Source of the DNA: Dehalococcoidia bacterium
Lineage (GTDB): Bacteria > Chloroflexota > Dehalococcoidia > Lucifugimonadales > UBA3495
Length of the DNA: 64,000 nt
Assembly: GCA_965232895.1 (NCBI GenBank)
Contig: OZ247430.1
Span: forward strand, 3,456,122-3,520,121
Direction: 5' to 3'
Below, piece by piece: positions 28,176-35,972 of this stretch. How positions within the stretch are numbered: position 1 is the stretch's first letter; the number at the start of each line of letters is the position of its first letter. Below the pieces are notes generated by a model that worked only from the letters and a program-made list of their open reading frames with translations, was not told the origin of the DNA and did not search any database. The position numbers and the translations under genes are program-made.

Positions 28176-28718
28176 CTACCGATCAACCAGACAGGCAATC
28201 ACCTGCGCCGCCGCCGTGGCCGCTCGCTCGGACAACTCGGCATCGGTCAGGGTTACGATGGGGTGCTCGATGATCGCCAGCCCGTACTCGGGGTCGCCGC
28301 GCATGCGGGACATGGCGTGGGCCTGGCTCACGAAGGGTCGGGTAGTCAATACGGTGGAAGGGATGCCCAGCAACTCGGTTTCCATTGCATCGTGCACACT
28401 GCACGCGGTGCAGGACCCTCATTCCGCCGTGGCATGTATTGCCACGTCAATGCTCTTTGCGGTGCGCTGCAGGTCCTCGATGCGGGCCGGCCACTGCCAG
28501 CCGCCCTTGTTGTGCTCCACGGCGCCGGCGATGTCGTAGCGTTCGCCGAGGATGGCGGCGATGCGGCGGAGCAGGTCCTCGGAGTGGGGCTTGTTGTTGG
28601 CGAACAAGCCGATCACCTTGCCGTCCAGGGTCGCCGGGCGCTGCGCCAACCGCGACGGAGCCGGCGGGGAGTCGTCACGCGGATCCAGCGTGACGATGGG
28701 AGTGGATTGTGTTGTCAT
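28176..28718 (-). CDS. UGSC-motif selenoprotein (in-frame UGA at 28419..28421)
   Basis: ORFs 28419..28718 and 28176..28397 share a frame. Read-through gives ...AIHATAE-U-GSCTACSVHDAMETE... The paralog at 42626..43165 has the same arrangement. AGGAG RBS. Confidence 0.72.
28391..28405 (-). promoter_or_regulatory. Candidate SECIS-like hairpin (CGUGCA-GUG-UGCACG)
   Basis: A 6-bp stem starts 14 nt after the UGA. It matches the hairpin at 42844..42858 in position and shape, with compensatory changes. Confidence 0.4.
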
Positions 28719-28774
28719 GGGATCATCTCCTGGTTCGGTTCCAGCCCGCAGGATAAAGCGGGATCACGATGGCG

Positions 28775-29776
28775 TCAGTGGGGTACGGCCACCTCGCGGA
28801 TAACCGAGCGGCTGGAGCCCCAGGTGCTGATCAGGCTGATGAAGGCCCCGGCCATGCCGCCCCCGGGCAGGACGGTGATCCGGTCGGCTTCCGGAACCAC
28901 CGGCACCAGCCGATCGTGATCCAGTTCGTGCCCCATTCGTTTCCAGCGCATCCACTCCGATACCGGCAGCCGCGCCTTGTCGTGCAGGAAACCGGCCACT
29001 TGCTGCCGCGACCAGCCGGCCGCCGCCACGTGCTGCATGGCCTCGGGGCTGATGACACAGATCACTTCGGGCATGCCCGGGCCAAAGGCCAGCATGGCGT
29101 GGGCCACGGTGGTCAGGAAGTCCGCCGGATCCCGGTCGCCATGCAGGGTTACCTGCAGGGGCGCCAGGGTGGCGAAGGCTCTCACGATAGTGGCGTCGTC
29201 GCCGTAGCCCAATTCCGATGCCAGGGACGCCCACGGGCTGATGGCCAGGTTCTCCGGGAAGCTGAAGGTGATCTTGCCGGCGTGTCCGAAGGTGCTGTTG
29301 TCCATCACCACCGGAACCGAGCCGTAGAAGTTGGACTTGAACAGGTTCACCGCCCGCCCGATGGCGGCGTTGGCGCGGCTTCCGTTGCCCATCATCTCCA
29401 CGCCGGCGTTCATTCCGATGGCCTCGGCGTAGGGACCGCTGACCACCGTGAGCACGGTGGCGCCGTTGGTGGACGTGCTGCTGGCGTGCAGGTTGAAGCT
29501 GCGGTCCGTTATCGCCGATAGCGACGCCATGACCACCGGGAAGTGTTCCGGCAGGCAGCCGGCCATCACCGCGTTGACGGCGGCCTTGCCGGCTGTGAAC
29601 CGCTTCTGCCGGATAATCTCCGTTCCCAGGTCGTGGTCGGCGTCCACGCCGGCGTAGTCCAGCATGGCCTGTACCCGGTCGGGCGTGGGCGGGACGATGG
29701 GCAGGCCGTCAGTGAGACCGTTGGAGAAGTAGTACTCCTGGGCGTCGTTCCAGTCGGCGAATCTGATGGTGGTCAT
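28775..29776 (-). CDS. Conserved protein of unknown function, partner A of the UGSC selenoprotein
   Basis: 333 aa with NGLTDGLPIVPPT, AAVNAVMAGCLPEHFPVV and RANAAIGRAVNL. Clear paralog of 40751..41824. Confidence 0.7.
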   Translation of the reverse strand: MTTIRFADWNDAQEYYFSNGLTDGLPIVPPTPDRVQAMLDYAGVDADHDLGTEIIRQKRFTAGKAAVNAVMAGCLPEHFPVVMASLSAITDRSFNLHASSTSTNGATVLTVVSGPYAEAIGMNAGVEMMGNGSRANAAIGRAVNLFKSNFYGSVPVVMDNSTFGHAGKITFSFPENLAISPWASLASELGYGDDATIVRAFATLAPLQVTLHGDRDPADFLTTVAHAMLAFGPGMPEVICVISPEAMQHVAAAGWSRQQVAGFLHDKARLPVSEWMRWKRMGHELDHDRLVPVVPEADRITVLPGGGMAGAFISLISTWGSSRSVIREVAVPH

Positions 29777-29861
29777 GTGGCAATCACTCGCGATGTCGGT
29801 GTTTGGGCGATACGGGATTATGCCATCATTCGTTGTTACCCGCGAGTGTCCGCCGGCCAGC

Positions 29862-31259
29862 TCAGTTGCGCAGGCCGCCCCGCCGAAAGTCTGGGGCCTC
29901 CATGGGCATTTCGGTCACCACCAGCGGGTCTTGCAGCCGTGAGGCGATGCGCGGGCGCGCGGATGCGATAGCCTCGATCTGTTGCGATGTGGTGATGATG
30001 GTGGGCAGTCGCTCCTCGTAGCGGTAGCCTACGATCTGGAACAACTTGTCCTCGGCGAAGGGCGTGCTGCGCTCCGCTCCCATGTCGTCCAGCACCAGCA
30101 CGTCGGCGTTGCGGATCCGGTCCAACAGGTCGTCGTGGTTGACTGCGCTGTCCGGGGCGAAGGTGGCCCGAAGATAATCGAGGAGGTCGGCCACCGTCGC
30201 AAAGAAGACCTCGTCGCCCCGGTCTTCGCGCTCGGCCGCGGCGGCCACCGCCAGGTGGGTCTTGCCCACGCCGTACGGTCCGTGCAGGCTCAGCCAACCA
30301 TCGGGACTGTTCGCCCACCGCTGCACGTAGGACTTGGCGGCGCGGAGGCTGCGTTGCTGATCGTCGGTCAGCCGGCCGTTGCCGGCCGGATCGAAAGCGG
30401 CGAAGGTCATCCGCGCCCTCATGTTGGGCGGGATTGCGCCTATGGATCGGCCAGTGGAACCGCCCACCCTGCCCAGCCGGTAGAGCCGCCCGAACCCGTC
30501 CGGTGATTCCAGCCGGGTGCGCAGGAAGTCGTCCAGCCGGTTGGGGTCGCCGCGCAGGGTAACCACCGTGGGCAGGCGGGCAGCGTGCCGGGAAGCCAGC
30601 AATTGGAACAGCCGCTCCTGGGTCCACGGAGTAGACGGACGAGTGGGCAGGTCGTCCAGGACCAACAATGGCGCGTGGCGAACCTGATCGAACAGGTCAA
30701 CGAATGGCTGATCGGCTTCGTCATCGAAACCGCTGCGCAGGTAGTCGATGAGGTCCGCCGCGGTGATGAACAAGGCCGGGCTGCCCAGCTCGATCCGGCG
30801 GTTGGCGATGGCGGCGGCCAGGTAGGTCTTGCCGCTCCCGCTGGGGCCGACGAGGGTGAGCCATCCCTCGGGGCTTTCGGCGTAGGCGACGGCGGCGGTC
30901 AGGGCATTGCGGAAAGCCTGCCGTGCTGCTGGCTCCTGGCTCAGGCCGTCCGGATTGGCATTCTCGAACGTGGCCTGGCGCAGGGACCCGAGATTGCTGT
31001 ACCGCTCCAGGGCTTCGATGCGCTGGCTTCGGTCGGTGTCCTGTTCCTGGCACCGGCACGGGAACACCTTGCCGAAATCGGGATTGGTTACGTGGACCTG
31101 CCGCGTGACCCAACCCGCCCCGCCGCACCGCTCGCAATCCTCAGCCCCGTTCCGGCTCTCCGGGCTCCCAGGGTAGTCGACCGTATCGGCGTCGATAGCT
31201 GTCCAGGTATCCCGAGCGGCTATCCGGCGCAATATCGCTCCCAGGCTCTCCATGCTCAT
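29862..31259 (-). CDS. DnaC/DnaI-like helicase loader with two tandem AAA+ modules and an N-terminal Cys cluster
   Basis: Walker A/B occur twice (GPSGSGKT...LLVLDD; GPYGVGKT...VLVLDD). CERCGGAGW...FPCRCQ at the N-terminus. Follows dnaB and the dnaD-like gene. Confidence 0.8.
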   Translation of the reverse strand: MSMESLGAILRRIAARDTWTAIDADTVDYPGSPESRNGAEDCERCGGAGWVTRQVHVTNPDFGKVFPCRCQEQDTDRSQRIEALERYSNLGSLRQATFENANPDGLSQEPAARQAFRNALTAAVAYAESPEGWLTLVGPSGSGKTYLAAAIANRRIELGSPALFITAADLIDYLRSGFDDEADQPFVDLFDQVRHAPLLVLDDLPTRPSTPWTQERLFQLLASRHAARLPTVVTLRGDPNRLDDFLRTRLESPDGFGRLYRLGRVGGSTGRSIGAIPPNMRARMTFAAFDPAGNGRLTDDQQRSLRAAKSYVQRWANSPDGWLSLHGPYGVGKTHLAVAAAAEREDRGDEVFFATVADLLDYLRATFAPDSAVNHDDLLDRIRNADVLVLDDMGAERSTPFAEDKLFQIVGYRYEERLPTIITTSQQIEAIASARPRIASRLQDPLVVTEMPMEAPDFRRGGLRN

Positions 31260-31971
31260 GGCTTAAGTCTCTGCCTCGGTCGGTTATGCTCGCCCCGGAT
31301 TGGGTTTGCCGCTCCTGTTGCTTGCGGCGTAGCACTGCATCTATAAACCGCCATGTGCGTACGTTGCGTTCCGCCGCGATGGCTATGGCGTCGGCGATCC
31401 ATTCCGCCGGATACTCCTCTTCCGCCGCTCGCAACTGCTCGGCTAAGCTATGACCGTACGGGCCGATGTGCTGCTCGTATAACGCGAATATGTTAGCACG
31501 CGGTGCTTCGATTGTCGGCGAATCAGGATGCAGTTCCGGCGCATCGGGGTTCGCCTGTCGCGCCAGGTCGGCGCCGGTCAGCTCCGAGAGGTCCGCCGTC
31601 TCTAAATAGCGCCGGCAGTCGTCGTCGTTCAGCAGGACGCGCATCGTTCCGCGATCGCGTATCGCCGTCAGCGTGCCGCGATCGAGGGCGGCCCCCAGCC
31701 CGGCTCGCACGGAATTCTCGACTCTGCCGGACAGCGCGGCGCCCAGCACCCGATCATCCAGCAGATCCTCCAGGGCGACGGAAGGCGGAACCGATCGGCG
31801 CTTAGGTTCGTCCGCCAGGAGGGCCAGCGCCCGCAGCGTCACCTTGAGTTCGACGATGTCGTCGATGTCGGCCAGCCACTGCGACAGGGCCGCCGCCGGT
31901 ATGGGGATCCGGCGTGCGTTGGCCGGCAGTGGTTCTGGGTAAATCCGCGCTTTGCCAGCGACGTCATCCAT
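31141..31971 (-). CDS. DnaD-domain replication protein
   Basis: NIFALYEQHIGPYGHSLAEQLRAAEEEYPAEWIADAIAIAAERNVRTWRFIDAVLRR is DnaD/DnaB_2 C-domain-like. The 3' end overlaps the next gene by 119 nt. Confidence 0.7.
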   Translation of the reverse strand: MDDVAGKARIYPEPLPANARRIPIPAAALSQWLADIDDIVELKVTLRALALLADEPKRRSVPPSVALEDLLDDRVLGAALSGRVENSVRAGLGAALDRGTLTAIRDRGTMRVLLNDDDCRRYLETADLSELTGADLARQANPDAPELHPDSPTIEAPRANIFALYEQHIGPYGHSLAEQLRAAEEEYPAEWIADAIAIAAERNVRTWRFIDAVLRRKQQERQTQSGASITDRGRDLSHEHGEPGSDIAPDSRSGYLDSYRRRYGRLPWEPGEPERG

Positions 31972-33357
31972 CTAGGCGACGGACTCCTCGTAGCGCGCCA
32001 GCTCGTCGAACCGCATCAGGTTGTCCCGGAAGTAGAGGTGGAAGCTCCCGGTGGGTCCGTGCCGGTGCTTGGCTACGATCAACTCCACGAGGTTGCGCGG
32101 ATAGGGCCTTCCCGGCGCGTGCTGCTCCCACTCTTCTTCGGTGAAGTTGCGGTCCTCGCGGTACAGGAAGGTCACCACGTCGGCGTCCTGCTCGATGCTG
32201 CCGCTGTCCCGCAGGTCGGAAAGCTGCGGGCGATGTCCGGGCCGGTTTTCCACCACGCGGCTGAGCTGCGAGCAGGTGAAAACCGGCACGTTCAGGTCCC
32301 GGGCCATGCCCTTCAGAGACCGGGAGATCTCGCTGATTTCCTGCACCCGATTTTCGCCATAGCCCTGCCGCCGGCCGCCGCCCTGGATCAGCTGGAGGTA
32401 GTCGACCACCAGGAAGTCCAGCCCATGCTCCAGCTGCAGCCGTTGGGCCTTGCTCCTCATGTCCATGGTGGTCTGGAAGGGGGTGTCGTCGATGAAGATA
32501 GGGAGCCCGGAGAGCAGACCCACGGCGTCGGATATCACGTTCTGCTCGTTTTCTGACAACAGGCCGAGGCGCAGCCGGTGCGAGTCCACTCCCGACTCGG
32601 CGACGAGCATCCGCATCGCGATCTGCTCGCGGCTCATCTCCAGGCTGAAGATGCCACAGGTCTGGCCGGACTTGGCCGCGTTGGTGCAGATGTTCAGGGC
32701 CAGGCTGCTCTTGCCGAGGCCGGGCCGTGCGCCGACGATCAGCAGGTCGGAACGCTGCATCCCGCCCAGCAGGTTGTCGAAGTCGCTATAGCCGCTCTGC
32801 AGGGGTGGCTCGTCGGTCAGGGACACGTCGCCGATGTCGCCCTGCAGGTAGACGTCGAGCACCGAGCTCAGCGGGATGAAGCCCCGGTCGTCGCCGGCCG
32901 GGCGGACACCGAAGAGCACCTCCACCGACTGGCGCATCGTTTCGTCGACGTCCGAGCTCTCGTCGAACCCCAGCTCGGCAATGCGGTTCCCGGCTGCGAT
33001 GATGCGTCGCTTGGCCGCCGTCTCGGCGACGATGGCGGCGTAGTGCTCCACGTTGACCGACGTGGGTGTGCCGGCGATGAGTTGTCCCAGGTAGGGCAGC
33101 CCACCCACCTGCTCTAACCGCCCCTGGGTTTGCAGCTCCCGGGCGACGGTGATCTGGTCGATGGCCTCCTGGCGAGAGAAAACCGCCAGGCAGGCGGCGA
33201 AGCAGAACTGGTGCCGGGCCCGGTGAAAGTCCTCGGGCTTGATCACCGGGGTGACCCGATGCAGGGCGTCGCCGTCAATGAGCAGCGCGCCCAGCACCGC
33301 GGCCTCGGCCTCAAGGTCGTGGGGCAATTGCCGTTCACTGTACGGGTCGGCAACCAC
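31972..33357 (-). CDS. dnaB: Replicative DNA helicase
   Basis: LPHDLEAEAAVLGALL...GARPGLGKSSLALN...VDYLQLI...LSQLSR. Confidence 0.97.
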   Translation of the reverse strand: MVADPYSERQLPHDLEAEAAVLGALLIDGDALHRVTPVIKPEDFHRARHQFCFAACLAVFSRQEAIDQITVARELQTQGRLEQVGGLPYLGQLIAGTPTSVNVEHYAAIVAETAAKRRIIAAGNRIAELGFDESSDVDETMRQSVEVLFGVRPAGDDRGFIPLSSVLDVYLQGDIGDVSLTDEPPLQSGYSDFDNLLGGMQRSDLLIVGARPGLGKSSLALNICTNAAKSGQTCGIFSLEMSREQIAMRMLVAESGVDSHRLRLGLLSENEQNVISDAVGLLSGLPIFIDDTPFQTTMDMRSKAQRLQLEHGLDFLVVDYLQLIQGGGRRQGYGENRVQEISEISRSLKGMARDLNVPVFTCSQLSRVVENRPGHRPQLSDLRDSGSIEQDADVVTFLYREDRNFTEEEWEQHAPGRPYPRNLVELIVAKHRHGPTGSFHLYFRDNLMRFDELARYEESVA

Positions 33358-33425
33358 GGCGTACCGGTCCTCTGTTGGAAAGCCGCAGCAATATTCGCTG
33401 CGACGAATTGGCGGTTACTGGCCGA

Positions 33426-33875
33426 TTACTCTTCCACGGCCGCGATGACGTTGATGGTCGCCCGAATCTCGCTGGATAGGTTCAGCACGACCTCGTACTC
33501 GCCGGGTTCGCGGATGGGTTCGACGCTGCTGGTGATGCGGCGGTCGATGTCGCGCTCCAGCAGCTCTCCGATGGCGTCCGCGATTCCGATCCCGCTGATG
33601 GCGCCGTAGTAGCGGCCGGTGGGAGTGACCCGGCCCGGGATGGTGACGGTGAGGTTGTCCAGCGCTTCGGCCAGTTCCTCCACGACCTGCGTCTCCCGCG
33701 CCCGCTGCTGGTCGCCTTCGACCTTGATCTTGTCCAGGCGTTTCATCGTTTCGTCGGTGGCGATTTCCGCCAAACCCTTGGGCAGCAGGTAGTTGCGCGC
33801 GTAGCCGCGCGAGACACGCTTGACCTCGCCGGCCCGGGCCTGGTCGGGAACGTCGTGCAGGAACAGCATCATCAT
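33426..33875 (-). CDS. rplI: 50S ribosomal protein L9
   Basis: GEVKRVSRGYARNYLLPKGLA; immediately upstream of dnaB, which is the conserved order. Confidence 0.9.
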   Translation of the reverse strand: MMMLFLHDVPDQARAGEVKRVSRGYARNYLLPKGLAEIATDETMKRLDKIKVEGDQQRARETQVVEELAEALDNLTVTIPGRVTPTGRYYGAISGIGIADAIGELLERDIDRRITSSVEPIREPGEYEVVLNLSSEIRATINVIAAVEE

Positions 33876-34125
33876 GGGTGGGGCCTCTCAATATTTGTGA
33901 TTGCCGGCGACCAACCATGTGCCGTGCCGACGTTCGCGATCTGCTGGGTCGAGTTTGGCCACCCATTATAGACCATCCCGGTTGAGGTCGGCATCGACCG
34001 TACGTCGCTACGCTGCTCACGACGGCAGGCCATGACGTGAAGACCCCGCCGGATCGCATGCTCAACGGCGTGCCCGGTGCGGTAGAATGGGCCGGACCAA
34101 CGCCACGCCATTCCGGAGGCACCAT

Positions 34126-34791
34126 ATGTCTTTCTGCGATGAGATCGAGCTCGAGTCCCAGCAACAACGCGACGCCATGGCGTTCCATCCCTTTGTGCAG
34201 GGCATCGGCAATGGCACGCTCCCGTTGGACCGGTTCAAGCACTTCATCACCCAGGACTACGTGTACCTCATCGATTTTGCCCGAGTCCTCGCCCTTGCTT
34301 CGGCCAAGGCTCCCGATCTGCCGGCGATGTCGTGGTTCGCCCGCGCGGTGGACTACATCCTGAACACGGAGATGGACCTGCACCGCTCGTATTGCGCCCA
34401 GTTCGGCATTACCGAAGCCGAGTTGGACGCCACCCGGCACGCGCCAACGTGCTACTCGTACACCAGCTATCTGCTGCGCGTCGCCCACCAGGGAACGTTC
34501 GGTGAAGTGGTCGCCGCAGTGTTGCCCTGCATTTGGGGATATTGGCGCGTCGGTGAACGCCTGGCTGACCAGGGGCTGCCGGACCACGCCGGCTACGCCC
34601 AGTGGATCCAGATGTACGCCGCGGCCGAACAGCAGTCGGTTGCGGAGGAATGCCGCGAAATCTGCGACCGCATCGCCGCCACGGCCGGGCCCGCCGAGAT
34701 CGCCGCCATGAAAGAGGCGTACATCACGTGCACACGCTACGAGCAGGCCTTCTGGGAGATGGGCTGGACGCTGGAGGATTGGCCCGTATAG
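34126..34791 (+). CDS. tenA: TenA-family protein (thiaminase II / aminopyrimidine aminohydrolase-like)
   Basis: HPFVQGIGNGTLPLDRFKHFITQDYVYL...AAVLPCIWGYWRVG...YEQAFWEM; GGAGG RBS before ATG 34126. Confidence 0.8.
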   Translation: MSFCDEIELESQQQRDAMAFHPFVQGIGNGTLPLDRFKHFITQDYVYLIDFARVLALASAKAPDLPAMSWFARAVDYILNTEMDLHRSYCAQFGITEAELDATRHAPTCYSYTSYLLRVAHQGTFGEVVAAVLPCIWGYWRVGERLADQGLPDHAGYAQWIQMYAAAEQQSVAEECREICDRIAATAGPAEIAAMKEAYITCTRYEQAFWEMGWTLEDWPV

Positions 34792-34836
34792 CCGTCCTCA
34801 GACACGGATCAATTGCACGGGCATCGTCGGCGAACG

Positions 34837-34911
34837 TGGTCGGGGTGGGCAGATTCGAACTGCCGATCTCCTGCTCCCAAAGCAGGCGCCTTGCCGCTAG
34901 GCCACACCCCG
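34837..34911 (-). tRNA. tRNA-Pro (UGG)
   Basis: Cloverleaf folded by hand. Acceptor cggggtg/caccccg, anticodon loop tttggga, GTTCGAATC T-loop, CCA encoded. Confidence 0.9.
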
Positions 34912-34948
34912 ACGTCTCCCTCCCGACGGCCCGGGCGATCTGGCAAAG

Positions 34949-35020
34949 TACCCCCGCGGAGACTCGAACTCCGGTCTCTGGCTCCGGAGGCCAGCACTCT
35001 ATCCACTGAGCTACGGGGGC
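34949..35020 (-). tRNA. tRNA-Arg (CCG)
   Basis: gcccccgtagctcagtggatagag..., anticodon loop ctccgga, GTTCGAGTC T-loop, no encoded CCA. Confidence 0.88.
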
Positions 35021-35132
35021 ACTTTCGATTTTAGCACAACCGGCGGCGCGACAATTCGCGTTGCCGGATCAGTGATCATGCCGGCCATATGCGAACCCGC
35101 CCAGGCTCCGGCTGACCAGGCTGGCTTGCCGG

Positions 35133-35164
35133 CCAACAAAAGACGGCTCACGCAGGTGAGCCGT
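35133..35164 (-). terminator. Rho-independent terminator downstream of tRNA-Asp
   Basis: A 9-bp stem (acggctcac/gtgagccgt) with loop gcag. On the minus strand it is followed by CUUUUGUU. Confidence 0.55.
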
Positions 35165-35178
35165 TTCGGAGTTTGCGA

Positions 35179-35254
35179 TGGCGACCCGGATCGGATTCGA
35201 ACCGACGATCTCTGCCTTGACAGGGCAGTATGTTAACCACTACACCACCGGGCC
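35179..35254 (-). tRNA. tRNA-Asp (GUC)
   Basis: ggcccggtggtgtagtggttaacat..., anticodon loop ctgtcaa, discriminator G, CCA encoded. Confidence 0.9.
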
Positions 35255-35410
35255 GCAAAACACGCGAGATCATCGCGCGTTGAAATATTGTAGTCAGCAG
35301 GCCTCGGTATTGTCAAACCAAGTTGCGGACTTGCGGCAATACCAGGCCCAATCGACTGCGCCGACGGCCGGCTATAATTGCCGGAAACGATAACCATCAG
35401 GAGGAACCCC

Positions 35411-35935
35411 TTGATTCGCAGTATTGATGGCAAGACTCCGCAGATCCATCCCAGCGTGTTCGTTAGCGAGACCGCCTATATCGTCGGCGACGTGATAATC
35501 GGCGAGGGAACCAGCATCTGGCCGGGAGCGGTAATACGGGCCGACTACGGTCAGATCGTCATTGGCAAGAACTGTTCCATCCAGGACAACTGCGTCCTGC
35601 ACACCGACGACTACCTGGAACTGGGCGACAACGTGCTGATGACCCATGGCGCGGTGATCCACGGCGGCATTGTGGGCAACAACGTGATGATCGGGGTGAA
35701 CGCCGTTTGCCTGGAGGACTGCAAGGTCGGCGACTACGTGCTCATCGGCGCCGGGGCCATTGTCACCGGGACGCCCATACCCAACGAGTCGCTGGTCATT
35801 GGCGTGCCGGGCCGGATCCGCGAACTGCCGGAGGTGCACCGCAAGCGGCTGGAAAACCCGACGGCGCGCTACCAGGAAAACGGACGGCGGTTCATCGCCG
35901 CCGGTCTGGGGCTGCAAATCCCTGCGTCCGACTGA
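35411..35935 (+). CDS. Gamma-carbonic-anhydrase-like hexapeptide-repeat protein
   Basis: IHPSVFVSETAYIVGDVIIGEGTSIWPGAVIRADYGQIVIGKNCSIQDNCVLH. TTG 35411 lies 6 nt after an AGGAGG RBS. Confidence 0.85.
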   Translation: MIRSIDGKTPQIHPSVFVSETAYIVGDVIIGEGTSIWPGAVIRADYGQIVIGKNCSIQDNCVLHTDDYLELGDNVLMTHGAVIHGGIVGNNVMIGVNAVCLEDCKVGDYVLIGAGAIVTGTPIPNESLVIGVPGRIRELPEVHRKRLENPTARYQENGRRFIAAGLGLQIPASD

Positions 35936-35972
35936 TTCGACGACGGCGCGGATAGCCCACGGATGCCCGGAT

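Noticed and set aside
27889-28539. 216-aa plus-strand ORF (and 28263..28919)
   Set aside because: These are antisense to the hypothetical membrane protein and the UGSC selenoprotein gene. They have Ser/Ala/Arg-rich composition and no RBS or motifs.
33876-34125. TPP riboswitch upstream of tenA
   Set aside because: I looked for the conserved CUGAGA and ACCUGAUCUGGAUAAUGCCAGCG-type cores on the plus strand and did not see them. A covariance-model scan would be needed to be sure.
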